Source: Macrostomum lignano (taxonomy: Eukaryota). From it: a DNA stretch of 64,000 nt. Below are positions 51,853-63,210 of this stretch, one piece after another. Location: the NCBI GenBank assembly GCA_002269645.1, contig NIVC01001280.1, positions 248,001 through 312,000 on the forward strand, in the 5' to 3' direction. Positions within the stretch are counted from its first letter, which is position 1. Every line of letters begins with the position of its first letter. The translations under genes and the position numbers were made by a program. Under the pieces are notes generated by a model. The model saw only the letters and a list, made by a program, of their open reading frames with translations, was not told where the DNA came from and searched no databases.

Positions 51853-53977
51853 CTATAATATATGATACCTTTTTAACTTCGGATTCGTCAAAAGTGAGTT
51901 CAAATTCGTCAGCGTATCATGGATGAAGGAATAGAAAGGATCGCTCATCTGAAATCGAGTCTATGGCCAAGACCTCCTAAAGATTGGGATGTCCCCCCCT
52001 ATGAATTTCATTGGCTGCTGGAATTTAATAATAGTCCCCCCTAAGTTCTGGCTGAAGCTTGTACGCAGGGGAAATTCCAAAGTCAAATTAGAAATCTATA
52101 ACTGCTTTCTTCCTCTGGGCCACGACGGCTTAAGGGAAAGAAATTCGCAGTTAGAACAAGAGAAAATGTTATCTATGTTAATACTACAGCCTAGCATGCG
52201 CGTTAATCGTGAATTTCCCCGCGTACAAGCTTCAGCCATTAATAACTTAGGGGCACTATTATTAAATCCAAACAACCAATGAAATTCATGGGGGGGAATA
52301 TCCCATTTTTTAGAAAGTCTTAGCCATAGACTCGCTTTCAGATGAGCGATCGATAATCCTTTCTATTCCTTCATCCTTCATCCATGCAGCGTATGCAAAC
52401 TATATAGCGCTCAAGGGGAAGAGAATGAGTGTCTATGGTAAATTTTTAGAGAAAGTGACTTCGAATTCGTCTAAGTAAGTGAAATTCGTCAGTGCAAATA
52501 CAGCCTGATCAGAAAAAGTGTTTGCTTTGTCCATGGTAAGAAAAGAAGGTGTCTATGGTAAATTTAAGTAAGAAAGCGAGTGAAGTTCGTCTGTGGAAAA
52601 GTAGCCCAATTTCTTGAAATCTTCATTTCATGCTTTGATTGTTGTCAGAGATGCCCTACATGAGAATTTCGTCTGTGGATCGCTCTAGACTCGTGCGATG
52701 TTTTCAACAAGGACGAGACTGGAGACAACTCGCAATTGAACTGGATATCAAGAGGACAATTGCCAGTGACATCATCAGGAGATATGTTAATGAGGGTAGG
52801 ATTGTTCTTAACGCGCGTGGAGGTGCAGTGAGACCAAAGTTTTCTGAGGAGATGCTCGGAGCGTTGACGAGGTATGTGGAAGAGAAGCCGACTGTGACCC
52901 TCAAAGAAATGCAGCAAAAGCTTGTTGTGGATTTTCCTGCTGCTCCTGCTGTGACAACGCAGGCAATCAGTCGTCGGCTTGACGGGACTTTGTGCGTTAC
53001 ATTGAAGGATGTACGATGAGTTCATGGAGATTGGAACAGTGGCGTGACAAAAGAGGCTAGATTATTTCTACACATGACCTGGATGCTGGAGACCGGCCTG
53101 CTGTAAGGAATTTAATCTACGTAGACGAGTGTGGGTGCAACCTGTGGACGGCACGAACTAAAGGATGGGCGGATTTTGGCGATCGCGCAGTAATGATTGC
53201 TAATGCGCAGCGTGGGCAGAATCTGACGGTAGCGCTCGCTGTTAGCCCGCAGTTGGGACTGGTCCACCACCGCATCTTTGTGGGTGGCTTTACAGCAGAG
53301 AGGTTTCATGAGTTTATGATTGAAGGCGGGACTCTTGTTGATGATGAATTCACGGCACTTGCTGACAATGCCAGAGCACACGGAGTTGTGAATTTCGGGC
53401 GTCCTGACCAGAGGCTTCAGTTCTTGCCACCTTATTCGCCTTTCTTGAACGCCACTGAAATGGCAAATTTCTTGCATGAAGGTGGCCCTGAAGCAGCGCA
53501 TGACTGACCCTCAAGTTGTCTTTGAAGTTCAGGATCGTCAGGCGGCTGTAGCAGCAGGTGAGACCCTGCAGAACCGGCGTCTTCGCATTTTCAGTCGAGA
53601 ATTGGAAGCTGCAATGGCTGAGATCACGGAGGAGAAATGCCGACAATGGCATGAATTCACACTTCGTTACGGACCGCGCTGTCTGGCCCACGCAGACATT
53701 TTGGATTGACTGAATTTAGTTACTGATGAAGACCTTCTGCGATTTTAGAAGTCTGTTTTCCTGTTCTGTTTGTTTTTTTGCTTTTGTTGCTGTTGCTTTT
53801 GTTGACAGTACACACAGTTTGCACTGACGAATTTCACTTACTTAGACGAATTCGAAGTCACTTTCTCTAAAAATTTACCATAGACACTCATTCTCTTCCC
53901 CTTGAGCACTATATAGTTTTGCATACGCTGAAAAATTTGAACTCACTTTTGACGAATCCGAAGTTGAAAAGTTATAG
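51853..53977 (+). mobile_element. IS630-Tc1-mariner superfamily transposon with ~200-bp TIRs, frameshifted transposase
   Basis: HTH region in ORF 52639-53019, then IYVDECGCNLWTART, ALADNARAH and FLPPYSPFLNATE. TIRs 51853-52500 (interrupted) vs 53819-53977. TA flanks; exact ends uncertain. Confidence 0.85.
51918..52386. mobile_element. P-type MITE inserted in the left TIR of the Tc1-like element
   Basis: CATGGATGAAGG termini. Exact TSD CAGCGTAT at 51910-51917 and 52387-52394. Confidence 0.9.
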
Positions 53978-54435
53978 TATTGCTTTTGTCAGCCTAACTG
54001 AGAATAAAGCCATCCAAAGTGAGAATCCTGCCTACGCTGACTGCGAAGGGCCTGGCTGCGTGCAGCCTTAGTCTATGGGCCATAGAGAATAAAGGACAAG
54101 CAAAGTGATAAAAAGCCATCCAATGTGAGAATCGATTGGTCTATGCGTCGTATTCTTTTATTTTTATACCTTCTGAGCTTCTGAGCCATATGACTAGCCA
54201 ATCCTAGCTTATCCTTTATAGTCTATGGCTCATAGACTAGGCTGGACGCAGCTAGGCCCTTCGTATTCAGCGTAGGCAGGATTCTCACATTGGATGGCTT
54301 TTTATCACTTTGCTTGTCCTTTATTGTCTATGGCCCATAGACTAAGGCTGCACGCAGCCAGGCCCTTCGCAGTCAGCGTAGGCAGGATTCTCACTTTGGA
54401 TGGCTTTATTCTCAGTTAGGCTGACAAAACCAATA
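53978..54435. mobile_element. Palindromic (foldback) MITE
   Basis: Near-perfect ~165-bp inverted arms starting TTTTGTCAGCCTAACTGAGAATAAAGCCATCCAA, with internal sub-repeats. Confidence 0.75.
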
Positions 54436-54494
54436 TATACTAGCAATCTACGCCCCCCCGTTGGGGAGCCAAAGAAAGAATGTAAAGATGTAAT

Positions 54495-55390
54495 GTAGCA
54501 AGCAATCCCCCAGACAGCAAGCATCCCCCAGACAGCAAGAATCCCCCAGACAGCAAGAATCCCCCAGACAGCAAGCATCCCCCAGACAGCAAGCATCCCC
54601 CAGACAGCAAGTATCCCCCAGACAGCAAGCATCCCCCAGACAGCAAGCATCCCCCAGACAGCAAGCATCCCCCAGACAGCAAGTATCCCCCAGATCTAGA
54701 CAGCAAGCAATCCCCCAGAGCTAGACAGCAAGCAATCCCCTAGAGCTTGACAGCAAGCAATCCCCCAGAGCTAGACAGCAAGCAATCCCCTAGAGCTTGA
54801 CAGCAAGCAATCCCCCAGAGCTAGACAGCAAGCAATCCCCCAGATCTAGACAGCAAGCATCCCCTAGATCTAGGAAGCAAGCAATCCCCCAGATCTAGGC
54901 AGCAAGCAATCCCCCAGATCTAGGCAGCAAGCAATCCCCCAGATCTAGACAGCAAGCATCCCCCAGACAGCAAGCATCCAACAGACGTAGCAAGCACCCA
55001 AGACCCGGGGCACACACAGACAGACCATTTTTAGCATCAGTCATATATGCTTTGAGTTGGCACTGCAGTCAAATACATAGCAGTGATAGGCCGCTCAGTG
55101 TGCGGGCAGAGCCAATGCACTGTTGAATGAAATCTATAAATAGCAATTGTCTATGCAGTCCACCAGTCAGTCAGGGTCTTAATGTATTACACACGCAGCC
55201 ACTGAGCATTTTTCTCTCCTAAGCAAGCTCCCCAAGACAGCAAGCTCCCTCAGACGGCAAGAATCCCCCAGACAGCAAGCATCCCCAGACAGCAAGCTCC
55301 CCAAGACAGCAAGAATCCCCTATACAGCAAGCATCCCCCAGATAGTAGGCATTCCCCAGATAGCAAACATCACCCAGACTTAGCAAGCAG
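54495..55390. repeat. Minisatellite: 18-bp CAGACAGCAAGCATCCCC grading into 24-25-bp variants; second block at 55215-55390
   Basis: Directly visible. Explains the MLAVWG and LLSGG repetitive ORFs. Confidence 0.92.
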
Positions 55391-55693
55391 TCGACCAGTA
55401 AGCGCCCTCACAAAATTCTACATTGATGCCCCGCAAAAGTAATGTTTATATTATTGTCATTAATGCAAGAGATTTCCGGGCATCAATGTCGAAAATTCCG
55501 GGCTCTGTGTTATTACACAGAATGCAGTTGAAATGTCTATGGCCATTCTTTCTTTTGATTTGCCAGCTCTGGGCCATAGACGAAGTTTTGATGGTCCAGG
55601 TCTAGAGATGGACAGTAAAACTGAAGGAGCTAGAAAAATGCTAAATATATTTTTTCAAATCTGTCAGAACTAAGCTGTGCTTGAGTTCTGAAA

Positions 55694-56215
55694 ATGATCA
55701 ACCATTTAATTAATTATTCCAATCTGCCGGGAGAAATGGTTTCCGGTATGTCGACCGAAGAGCTGGCGTGGGTATCATCCGAGTCGAACAGCCGGTATTT
55801 GGAGGAACTGAGCGAAGAATTTGCGCGCAAGATCGAATCAGAAGAGATTCTCGACATTCCGGAGGACGTGATGCAAGAGTTAAATCAGCTTGAACGAGAT
55901 GGAATACCGGACTCCTCCGCCCGGCAGATGGAGGACAATGTGAGCCGCTTCAAGACTTTTCTGGAAGAAATGAAACTGTCAACGGATCTGCTGCGAATTC
56001 CAAAGTCGATTCTGGCTAATTATTTGCGTTTCTTCTATTCGACACTGCGAACAAAGGACGAGCGGTACTATGCTCCAGCAAGTCTCATCTGCATTAGAGC
56101 CGGACTGCATCGCTTTTTCTGTCTCAGTCGCCCAGAGATTAACATTAACATTAACTTCTGCTGTTATTTTTTTGCCTCTGTTTCACACTGTTGTTCTATT
56201 TCGCTCTATTACTGA
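55694..56215 (+). pseudogene. Crypton-type tyrosine recombinase N-terminal fragment, copy D, with flanking inverted repeats
   Basis: LERDGIPDSSARQMEDNVSRFKTFL...LANYLRFFYSTLRTKDERYYAPASLICIRAGLHRFF. Inverted repeats TATTGTCATTA...TTCCGGGCATCAATGT at 55452-55489 vs 56257-56308. Confidence 0.8.
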
Positions 56216-57218
56216 AATAGAAAATACCATAGACAATAGACAAGGCACGAATTGGCACATTGACGCCCGGAAAAGGGACGCTTAAGCCCGCAAAAAATAA
56301 TGACAATACTTTTAAAGTGCACTGGCTGATATCTCTCCCTTATGCAAGAAAGCATGTTTTCGAATACTCATATTGAATTTTTTATAGCTCGTAGCATCCA
56401 AGCTACAAGAAATTGAAGTTTAGTCTATGGCCATAGACATATTGAGCTCTCACTACAAGAAAAATACACTAATTAGATAGGGAAAACACCTGTTTTTCAC
56501 CTTTTACAGGTACTTAACATTGATCAAAACATACCAAAAACTAATCATACCATCTCTGATAAATTTCCTACAAGTTGGTCAAAAAATGGAGAAAATTGGT
56601 CAAACGGTTTGCTCTTAAACGTGTCGCACACACACACACACACACACACACTCACGTTTAGTATAATGGACGAGGCCAACTCCTCCTCTGGAGGAGAAAG
56701 GGGAAGAATTCCCATCCCCGGAATTCCATTCCCTGAAATCCATCAGCTGAATCCCATGACCTGAATCCCATCATCCAACTGTTCTCCAAATCAATCAAAA
56801 TCCTCTCCGCAAAACTGAACACTATCAAAATCCTCTACTCGAAACAGAAATCCTCTCCGTGCAACTGAAAACCACCGAAATCCTCTCCGCGAAACAGAAA
56901 TCCTCTCCGTGCAACTGAACACCATCGAAATCCTCTCCGTGAAACTGGACTCCATCAAAATTCTCTCCGCAAAACAGAAATCCTCTCCGCGAAACAGGCT
57001 CCGCGAAACAGAAATCCTCTCCGCGAAACAGGCTCCGCGAAACAAATATCCTCTCCGCGAAACAGAAATATTCTCCGCGAAACAGAAATCCTCTCCGTGA
57101 AACTGAAGAACATCGAAATCCTCTCCGTGAAACTGAAAACCATCGAAATGATCTCCGTGAAACTGGACTCAATCGAAATTTTTTAAATCAAAAAGAATCA
57201 ACTCTCAGGATTCATTGG

Positions 57219-57246
57219 TTAGGGTTAGGGTTAGGGTTAGGGTTAG
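57219..57246 (+). repeat. Interstitial (TTAGGG)n; equivalents at 58505-58526, 61067-61082 and 63611-63632
   Basis: 2.7-4.7 units at the same position in each array unit. Confidence 0.9.
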
Positions 57247-60039
57247 AGCTGCACAGAGCTGCGTGTTAAAAGGGGCCGATAAAAAATTAAGCTAATTGAA
57301 TCAATAATTGATTGCGGCTGCGCAGTTTATTTCTCAGTCAGTCAGAATCAGTCTCAGGAAAAGTTAACAAAAAGATTGCGCAATCTAAATCAACCCTCCA
57401 ATACACAGCGACCGACTCCCTTCCAATACGCAGTGGCAGCTAGAAATTGAACGCGCAACTGTTGGGGAGTCGGTCGAACCCCTATTAAACCCCAAAATGA
57501 GTACAATCTTTGCAAATAGTTAAAAGTATGAAAATAGTTTTCCCAATGGAGCTGCACAGTTTTCATATTTAACTCAAACAACTTATATCCCCGAACTCAG
57601 AGTTGCAAGATCTTTCCAGAAATATAAGTTTCTCCTCTCAAAGTTTAAAACTCGAGGAACAGTTTGCGTTTGAAATTTACCAATTTTCCGACTGCTTGCT
57701 AGAGAAGCTCGCAAGTTTATTCATTGAATTTCACTGCCAAGCTAATACACAGGGCTGCCTATAGAGAAAAAAAGGCGCCAATAATAAAACCAATTGAATC
57801 TCGACACAGTCCTTATCTATCTGTTTACACTGTACAACTGCTATGTACACTCAGCCCAGGCCCAACCCCCGTTCTGGAAGAAGCATTAAATTTAATTCAA
57901 CCCCCAACACGCGAGGGGTTTTATTTGCATTGAACGTAGAACACGCGGACCCCCCTCCCTCAATATACAGCGATTCGCGGGCGGAGGTTGGGGTGGCTAT
58001 TTTTACAAACAGACCGCCAACTCTCTTACTGGAAAGACAGAAGGGCCAAAGAAGGTTAAAAGCTGTTTTCTGCTTTTTTAGGGATGTTGAAATGTGAAAA
58101 TGGAAGATTAAAATAGCTATAAACCCAATCCGGAAAATTTGCAGTTTTCCCATATAAGTTTCGACGCTGACTTGCAAGTAGTCTAGGAGAAAAATTGCAA
58201 CACACATACAGACAAACATCGCACCAGTTTTAGTATTAAGACGAGGCCAACTCCTCCTTCGGAGAAGAAAGGGGAAGAACTCCAATCAGCGGAATTCCAT
58301 TCCCTGAACTCCATCAGCGGAATCCCATTTTCCAACACCTCTCCGCGCAACAGAAATCGTCTCCGTGAAACTGAACACTATCGAAATCCTCTCCGTGAAA
58401 CTGAACACCATCGAAATATTCTCCGCGAAATAGAAATCCTCTCCGTGAAACTGGACTAAATCGAAATTTCTACGTCAAACAGCCCAGCTCTCAGAATTCA
58501 TTGGTTAAGGTTAGGGTTAGGGTTAGAGCTACACACAGCTGCGTGTTGACAGACGCCGTAAAAACATTGAACCAATTAAATTGCGCAACTTATTTCTCAG
58601 GCAGTCAGTATCAGCCTCAGTTAAAGTTAACAAAAAGATTGCGCAATCTAAATCAACCCTCAAATACACAGCAACCGACCCCCCTTCCAATACGCAGTGC
58701 ATCTAGAAATTGAACATCCCCCCTCACCAACTATTGGGGGGTCGGTCGAACCCCCATTGAACTCCAAAATGAGAACAATCTTTGCAGAAAGCTAAAAGTA
58801 TGAAAATCTTTTCTTGAATGCTGTGAATTTAATTTTCATATTTAAAGCAAAAAACTTATATCCCCGAACTCATCGCAGCAAGATCTTTCCAGCAATATAA
58901 GTCTCTCCTCTCTAAGTTCAAAACTCGAGCAACAGTTAGTGTTTGAAACTTTCTGATTTTAAGCATTGAAATATCGAGTGTACGTTCACTGGCTGCAACA
59001 GTGAATTGCAGTTGTCTATACAGTCAGCCCGTGCGCCAAGGTCCAAGTGCACACGAAATGATTGCGCAATCTAAATCAACCCTCCAATACACAGCGACTG
59101 ACCCCCTTCCGCAGTGGCAATTAAAAGTTGAACCGCCCCCCCCTCCCACCAACTGTTGGGGGGTTGGTCGAACTTCATTGAACCCCAAAATGAGTACAAT
59201 CTTTCCAGAAAGTAAAAAGTATGGAAGTTGTTTTCGATCGCTGTGTTTTTTCTTTTCACATTTAAAACAAACAACTTATATCCCCGAACTCAGTGTTGCA
59301 AGATCTTTCCAGCAATATAAGTATATTCTTTTAAAGTTTAGAACTCGAGGAACAGTTAGCGTTTGAAATGTCCCGATTTGGAGCATTGAAGTATCGAGTG
59401 TACGTTCACCTGCCTGCTAAAAAGGCTCGCATGTTGATGCATTGAATTTCAGTGTGCAAAAAATACACCGGGCTGCCTAATTGAAAATCAGAGCACGTAT
59501 CGTTGCGCAATTGTCTATACAGTCAGCCCGTGCGCCAAGGTCCAAGTGCACACACGCCGCCACTGAGAACGCGAGCACCCCCACTGGAGAGAAAATACAC
59601 TGCAGAGATAGGAGAAAGTTATGGCGCAATCGCTCAAAATTCATGCAAATTTTTAGCTCCAAGCAGAAAGAGGGGACAAATAAGATTATCAAAGGTCAAG
59701 ATTGCAGTTTTTTGCTTTTTTCGGGATCTTAAAATGTAAAAATAAAAAATTGAAATAGCCCACTGCCATCCTCGGAAAATTTGCAGTTTTCCCAAATAAG
59801 TTTCGACGCTGACTTGCAAGTCGTCTAGGAGGAGATATGTATCACACAGACAAACAACGCACCAGTTTTAGTATTAACGAGTGGAACTCCTCCTTCGGAG
59901 GAGAAAGGGGAAGAACTCCCATCACCGGAATTCCATTCCCTGAAATCCATCAGCTGAAACTCCACTTGAATCCCATCTTCCAAATCGTCTCCAAATTCTT
60001 TACAAAATCTTTGAAAGACCATAGCTCAAAGACTCTCAC

Positions 60040-63000
60040 GTCTCTCATATCTCCTCTCTCTTCTATTCGCTATTATCGTGACTCTCTTCTCTCTCCTCTC
60101 TCTCATCTCATCTCTACCCCTACTCCCTTATTTGTCTCTTCTCCCTCGTCTTTCGTCTGTACCCTCTCCTGTCTCTTGTCTCCTCTCTTCCCTCATATCT
60201 CTCCCTCTTCTCTCCTCTCTCATATGTCATCTCTACTCACTTATCTATCGTCTCTCCTTAAACCTCTCTCACTTCTCTTTTCTCTCCTCTCTGCTCTCAT
60301 TTCTCATATCTCATATACGCTCTCACCCTCTACTTTCTTATCTCCTATCTTTCGTTCCTCCTTTCCACTATCCCCTTTCTCTTCTCTTCTCTCTTTTCTA
60401 TCCTTTCCATTCTCTCTTTTCTCCTCTCCTTGCTCCTTTCATCTTCTTCCCTCTCTTTTCTAATCTCTAATCTCTTCTCTCTTATTTCTCACTCATCTCT
60501 TCTCATCGCATCTCTCATCGCTCCTCTCCGCACTACTTTCCTCTCTTAACTTGTCTCCCTCTGTTATCTCATATCTCCCCTCTCATCTCCTCTCTCCTCT
60601 TCTCTTCTCCCTCCTTTGTTCCGGCCTTACTCCCCTCTTCTCTCCCATTTGTTTAGCGGAATGGGCGTTCGCGCCTTCCCGCTGTGTCCCCCCGGGACAG
60701 CCCTGCAGCTAAGTCTCCCATCTGTCATGTCTAATCTCTCCATTCATTTCTACTCTGTTTTCTATCATCTCATCTCTCTTCTCTTTTCATTCTTCTCTTT
60801 ACTCTCTTCTCTGACTGATTGAAGATGCCAAATTCATCAAGATCCTCTCCGAGAAGCAGTCCGTGCAACTGAAAACCATTGAAATCCTCTCCTTGAAACT
60901 TAAATTCATCAAAATCGTCTCCATAAAACAGAAATAAATCATAAATTATCTCCGCGAAACAGAAATCCTCTCCGTGAAACTGAAAACCATCGAAATTCTC
61001 TACGTGAAACTGGACTGAATCGAAATTTTCTCCGCCAAAAAAAACTCGACACTCAGGATTCAGTGGTTAGGGTTAGGGTTAGAGCTGCACAGAGCTGCCT
61101 ACCCTTTAAAAGGTGCCGATAAGTAAAAATTGAACCAATTGAATTAATTGACTGCGCAATTTATTTCTCAGTCAGTCAGTATCACTCTCAGTTAAAGTAA
61201 ACAAAATGATTGCGCATTTTAAATCAACCATTCAATAAAAATATTGAGCTAATTGAATCAATTCATTGCGCAACCGATTTCACAGTCAGTCAGTCAATCT
61301 AAATCAACCCTCCAATACACAGCAGCAGTGAGAAGTTGAACCCTCCCCCCAACTTTATCTATTACGTCTCGCAAAACTGAGTACAATCTTTGCGGAAAGT
61401 TAAAAGTATGGAAATAGTTTTTCAAATGCTGTGCTTTTTCTTTTCATATTTAAAGCAAACAACTTATATCCCCGAACTCAGCGTTGCAAGTTCTTTCCAG
61501 CAATATAAATTTTTTCTCTCAAAGTTAAAAACTCGAGCAACAGTTTGCGTTTGAAACTTTCTGATTTAAAGCATTGAAATATCGATTGTACGTTCACTGC
61601 CTGCTAAAGAGGCCCGCAAGTTTATGCATTGAATTTCAAGGTTCAACAAAATCACAGGGCTGCCTATTGAAAATTAGAACACAAATCTTTGCGCAATTGT
61701 CTATACAGTCAGCCAGTGAGCCTGGGTCCGATTGTACACAGGCAGCCATTTAGAACGCCCCATCCCCCCACTGGAGAGAAAATACACTGCAGAGATAGGG
61801 AAAAGTTGTGGCGCAATCACTTGAAATTCATGCAAATTTTCAGCTCCAAGCAGAAAGAGGGGACAATTAAGATTATCAAAGGTCAAGACCGCCGTTTTCT
61901 GCTTTTTTGAGGATCTTAGAAATTAAAATTTCAGAATTAAAATAGCCTATAGCCGACCTCGGATAATTTCCAATCTTCCCATATAAGTTTCAACGCTGAG
62001 TTGGCACTATTCAAGGAGGAGTTGTCGAAATGACAGACACACAGACATACAGACAAACAACGCGTCAACTTTAGTATATACGAGTGGAACTCCTCCTTCG
62101 GAGGAGAAAGGGGAAGAACTCCCATCACCGGAATTCCATTCCCTGAATTATCCATCAACTGAAATTCCATGTCTTGAATCCCATCTTCCAAATCGTCTCA
62201 AAATTCTTTACAAACCTTTCAAAGACCATAGCTCAAAGACTCTTACGTCTCTCATATCTACTCTCTCCTCTCTTCGCTATTATCGTGACTCGCTTCTCTC
62301 TCCTCTCTCTCATCTCATCTCTACCCCTACTCTCTTATTTATCTCTACTCCCTTATTTATCTCCACTCCCTTATTTATCCCTTATTTATTCTCCCTCTCC
62401 TGTCTACTCACCTATCTTCTATCTTATCTCTCCCCTTTTCTCTCCTCTCTCATATCTCATCTCTAATCACTTATCTATCGTCTCCGCTCTACTTTCTCTC
62501 TTCCCTTTTCTCTCTTCTCTCTGCTCTCATTTCTCGTATCTCTTATACGCTCTCAACCTCTCCTTTCTTATCTCCCATTTTTCTTCCCTCCTTTCTACTG
62601 CATCACCTGTCTCCTCTCCTCTCTTTTTTCTCCTCTCCATTCTCTCTTCTCTCCTCTCATCTCCCCTCATCTCTTATCTAATCTCTAATCTCTTCTCCCT
62701 CATATCTCTTCTCTACTCACTTATCTATTCTCTCTCCTCTGCTCCCCTTTTACACTTTCCTATATGCTCTCACACTCACCCTCTCCTTTCTTATCTCCTG
62801 TTTTTTACACTCCTTTCTACTACCTGTCTCCTCTCGTTTCTCTCCTCTCTGCACTCTCATCTTTACCCTCTTCTTTCTCCTCACTACTTTCTTCTCTTAA
62901 ATCTCTGATCTCTGATCTTTATCTCTCTCCTCTCCCCTCTCACCTCTCTCCTCTCTTTCCTCTCTTCTATTACCTCTGTACGCTCTTATCCCTTCTTTCT

Positions 63001-63210
63001 TCTCTCTCCTGTCTCCTCTCTGCTATCTCATATCTCCTCTCTCATATCCTCTTCCTTCATCTCCTCTCTCCTCTTCTCTTCTCTCCTTCGTTCCCGCCTT
63101 ACTCCCCTCTTCTCTCCCATCTGTCATGTCTAATCTCTCGTCTCATTTCTACTCTGTTTTCTATCATCTCATCTCTCTTCTCTTTTCATTCTTCTCTTTA
63201 CTCTCTTCTC
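60040..63210. repeat. Two CT-rich low-complexity tracts (60040-60815, 62240-63210) within array units 3 and 4
   Basis: Homologous boundaries (AAAGACCATAGCTCAAAGACTC ... TCTCTTCTCTGACTGATTGAAGATGCCAAAT). Source of the Leu/Ser-rich spurious ORFs. Confidence 0.9.
60649..60713 (+). mobile_element. 65-bp 3'-terminal fragment of the RNase H-type LINE family
   Basis: Contains GCGGAATGGGCG...CCCTGCAGCTAAG. TSD TCTCCCAT at 60641-60648 and 60714-60721. The empty site is present in unit 4 (~63113-63120). Confidence 0.8.

Noticed and set aside
51853-53977. Fanzor/TnpB cargo in the IS630-Tc1-like element
   Set aside because: All coding space is accounted for by the transposase; no RuvC-like motifs were seen.
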